A stretch of 64,000 nucleotides of DNA from assembly GCA_963735035.1 (NCBI GenBank), contig CAVTJJ010000003.1, positions 925,191 through 989,190 on the forward strand. The letters are read 5' to 3'. Shown here piece by piece: positions 62,928-64,000 of the stretch (position 1 is its first letter; each line of letters starts with the position of its first letter). The notes under the pieces are model-generated. The model saw nothing but the letters and a program-made list of their open reading frames with translations, was not told the DNA's origin and made no database searches. The DNA is from an uncultured candidate division Zixibacteria bacterium. Lineage in GTDB: Bacteria > Zixibacteria > MSB-5A5 > GN15 > FEB-12. The position numbers and the translations under genes were made by a program.

Positions 62928-63348
62928 GGGGCACCCAAGGGTTGAGTGAACCGTGCCCGGCAGATGTCCACATCTGCCGACTTATGTGCATATACCGCAT
63001 GTACTGTCATGCCCCGGCGTCTCTTCTCTGTCTTTGCCCCGGCTTGACCGGGGCACACAAACTTGATCGGCAGGCCTCTGTGCCTGCCGTCCGGGTGGCC
63101 CACCATTTATGGTGGGATGGAACATTACGGAGCGCAAGCTCTACCACCCCGGTGTAAACCGGGGCCCAGTTGTGTTGGAAAGAACGCCGACGCCAATGTT
63201 CGAGCTCTCACAGCGAAGGGAGAAGTCGGTCATGGCCGCATTAACTTAGCCATCCACAACTGGGTCCTGGCCTCGCGACAGAATTACGGGACTGGCGTCA
63301 CATTTCAAGACCCCACGCGCGAGTAACTATGATACTGTTGCGTGATTT

Positions 63349-63420
63349 TGAGCCTCTGTTCGGACAAGGTATCGTATCGTGGTCTGAAGACAACGATAGA
63401 TCCTTAGAACAGGAGGCTCA
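63349..63420 (+). ncRNA. Structured non-coding left end of IS110 (candidate bridge/seek RNA)
   Basis: Long stem with internal loops: TGAGCCTCTGTTC/GAACAGGAGGCTCA, AAGGTATC/GATCCTT, TATCGTGGTCT/AGACAACGATA; TATGAT at 63328. Confidence 0.5.
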
Positions 63421-63421
63421 G

Positions 63422-64000
63422 ATGAGAAGGTACGAAGTTGGAGCGGAAGTGGGAAGTGCTGTTTTTGTTGGCGTGGATGTTCACAAGCGTCAGTGGTTTG
63501 TCACGGTGAGGACGCGAAAGTGGAACTGTTCTGTGGGCAGCATTAACGGGGATTGGGCGTCTTTGCGGTGTTTGCTGGATCGGTATGATCCTGGGTGTGT
63601 GTCCGTGGTTTACGAGGCGGGTTTTTCTGGTTTTTGGCTGCACGACTGTGTGGTAGCGTGGGGTGGTCAGTGCGTAGTAACGCCGCCGAGCTTGGTGCCG
63701 ATGGCCTACGGTAATCGGGTGAAGACGGACAAGCGGGATAGCCGGAAGCTGGCCTGGTTGCTGTCGTTAGGGTTGTTGAAGAAGGTCTGGGTTCCGGATG
63801 AGAGTCAGCGGGGTCACCGAGAGGTCTTACGTCGTCGTCGTCAATTGGTTCAAGATCGGGTACGTCTTCAGAGTCGGATCAAATCGGAGTTGGCCTTATA
63901 TGGTATTTCAGTGTGCAGTGGGACGGGTCGGTGGACCGGTCCGTTATTAGAGCGTCTGAGACAGGTGTGTTTGGCAGATGTCTGGGCTCAGGCGAATCCC
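63422..64000 (+). mobile_element. IS110-family transposase/recombinase, N-terminal part (runs off the right edge)
   Basis: Manual translation after AGGAGG: FVGVDVHK, VVYEAG.SGFWL, NRVKTDKRDS (DEDD motif), VWVP. Confidence 0.92.

Larger units (their letters stand above)
40146..63290. repeat. Dispersed REP-like palindromic repeats of several families in nearly every intergenic space
   Basis: GTGCCCGGCAGATG(C/T)CCACATCTGCCG at 45599, 49181, 49345(rc), 50086, 55030, 62953; GTAGGTCAGG..GCCTGAC near 49229, 49306, 56174, 58934; GTCATTGCGA..GCAATCTC near 45650(rc), 50217, 50911; GCCCCGGCTTGACCGGGGCA near 43622(rc), 58831, 63036; GGGCGGCAGACGTCCTCGTCTGCCC near 40148, 59021. Confidence 0.85.

Overview
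Bacterial genomic DNA. It is most consistent with candidate division Zixibacteria or a related FCB lineage, inferred from the FlgD/T9SS-like 'QNYPNPFNP' C-termini and the 'CC.G..GD.N..G.DEPTIGD.S..ID.KFI' dockerin-like domains. Many genes are broken by single-base indels, probably long-read consensus errors. The tmRNA gene (ssrA, 39714-40081, minus) divides the window. To its left is an accessory, REP-free region: a HAF-repeat/CLCA-like metalloprotease, a two-component/rubrerythrin cluster, an ECF-sigma/anti-sigma/TPR-CHAT/S8/peptide-radical SAM locus, kdpFABCDE, a MarR-EmrAB-TolC pump and a 4.9 kb island bounded by a duplicated ssrA 3' end. To its right is a region full of REP-like palindromes with envelope and housekeeping genes, an IS30 and the start of an IS110. 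The main finding is an ECF-type promoter motif, TGTAACA-N15-G(C/T)AC(T/C), that occurs seven times at identical spacing between 10777 and 21773. The copies lie upstream of the S8 protease, the anti-sigma factor, the fibre/dockerin/CHAT operon, two exported proteins, and an unannotated 29-aa Ile-rich peptide gene that precedes a radical SAM enzyme whose SPASM domain has lost the AuxI cysteines. Together these suggest one candidate protease-controlled ECF regulon that includes a RiPP-like module.
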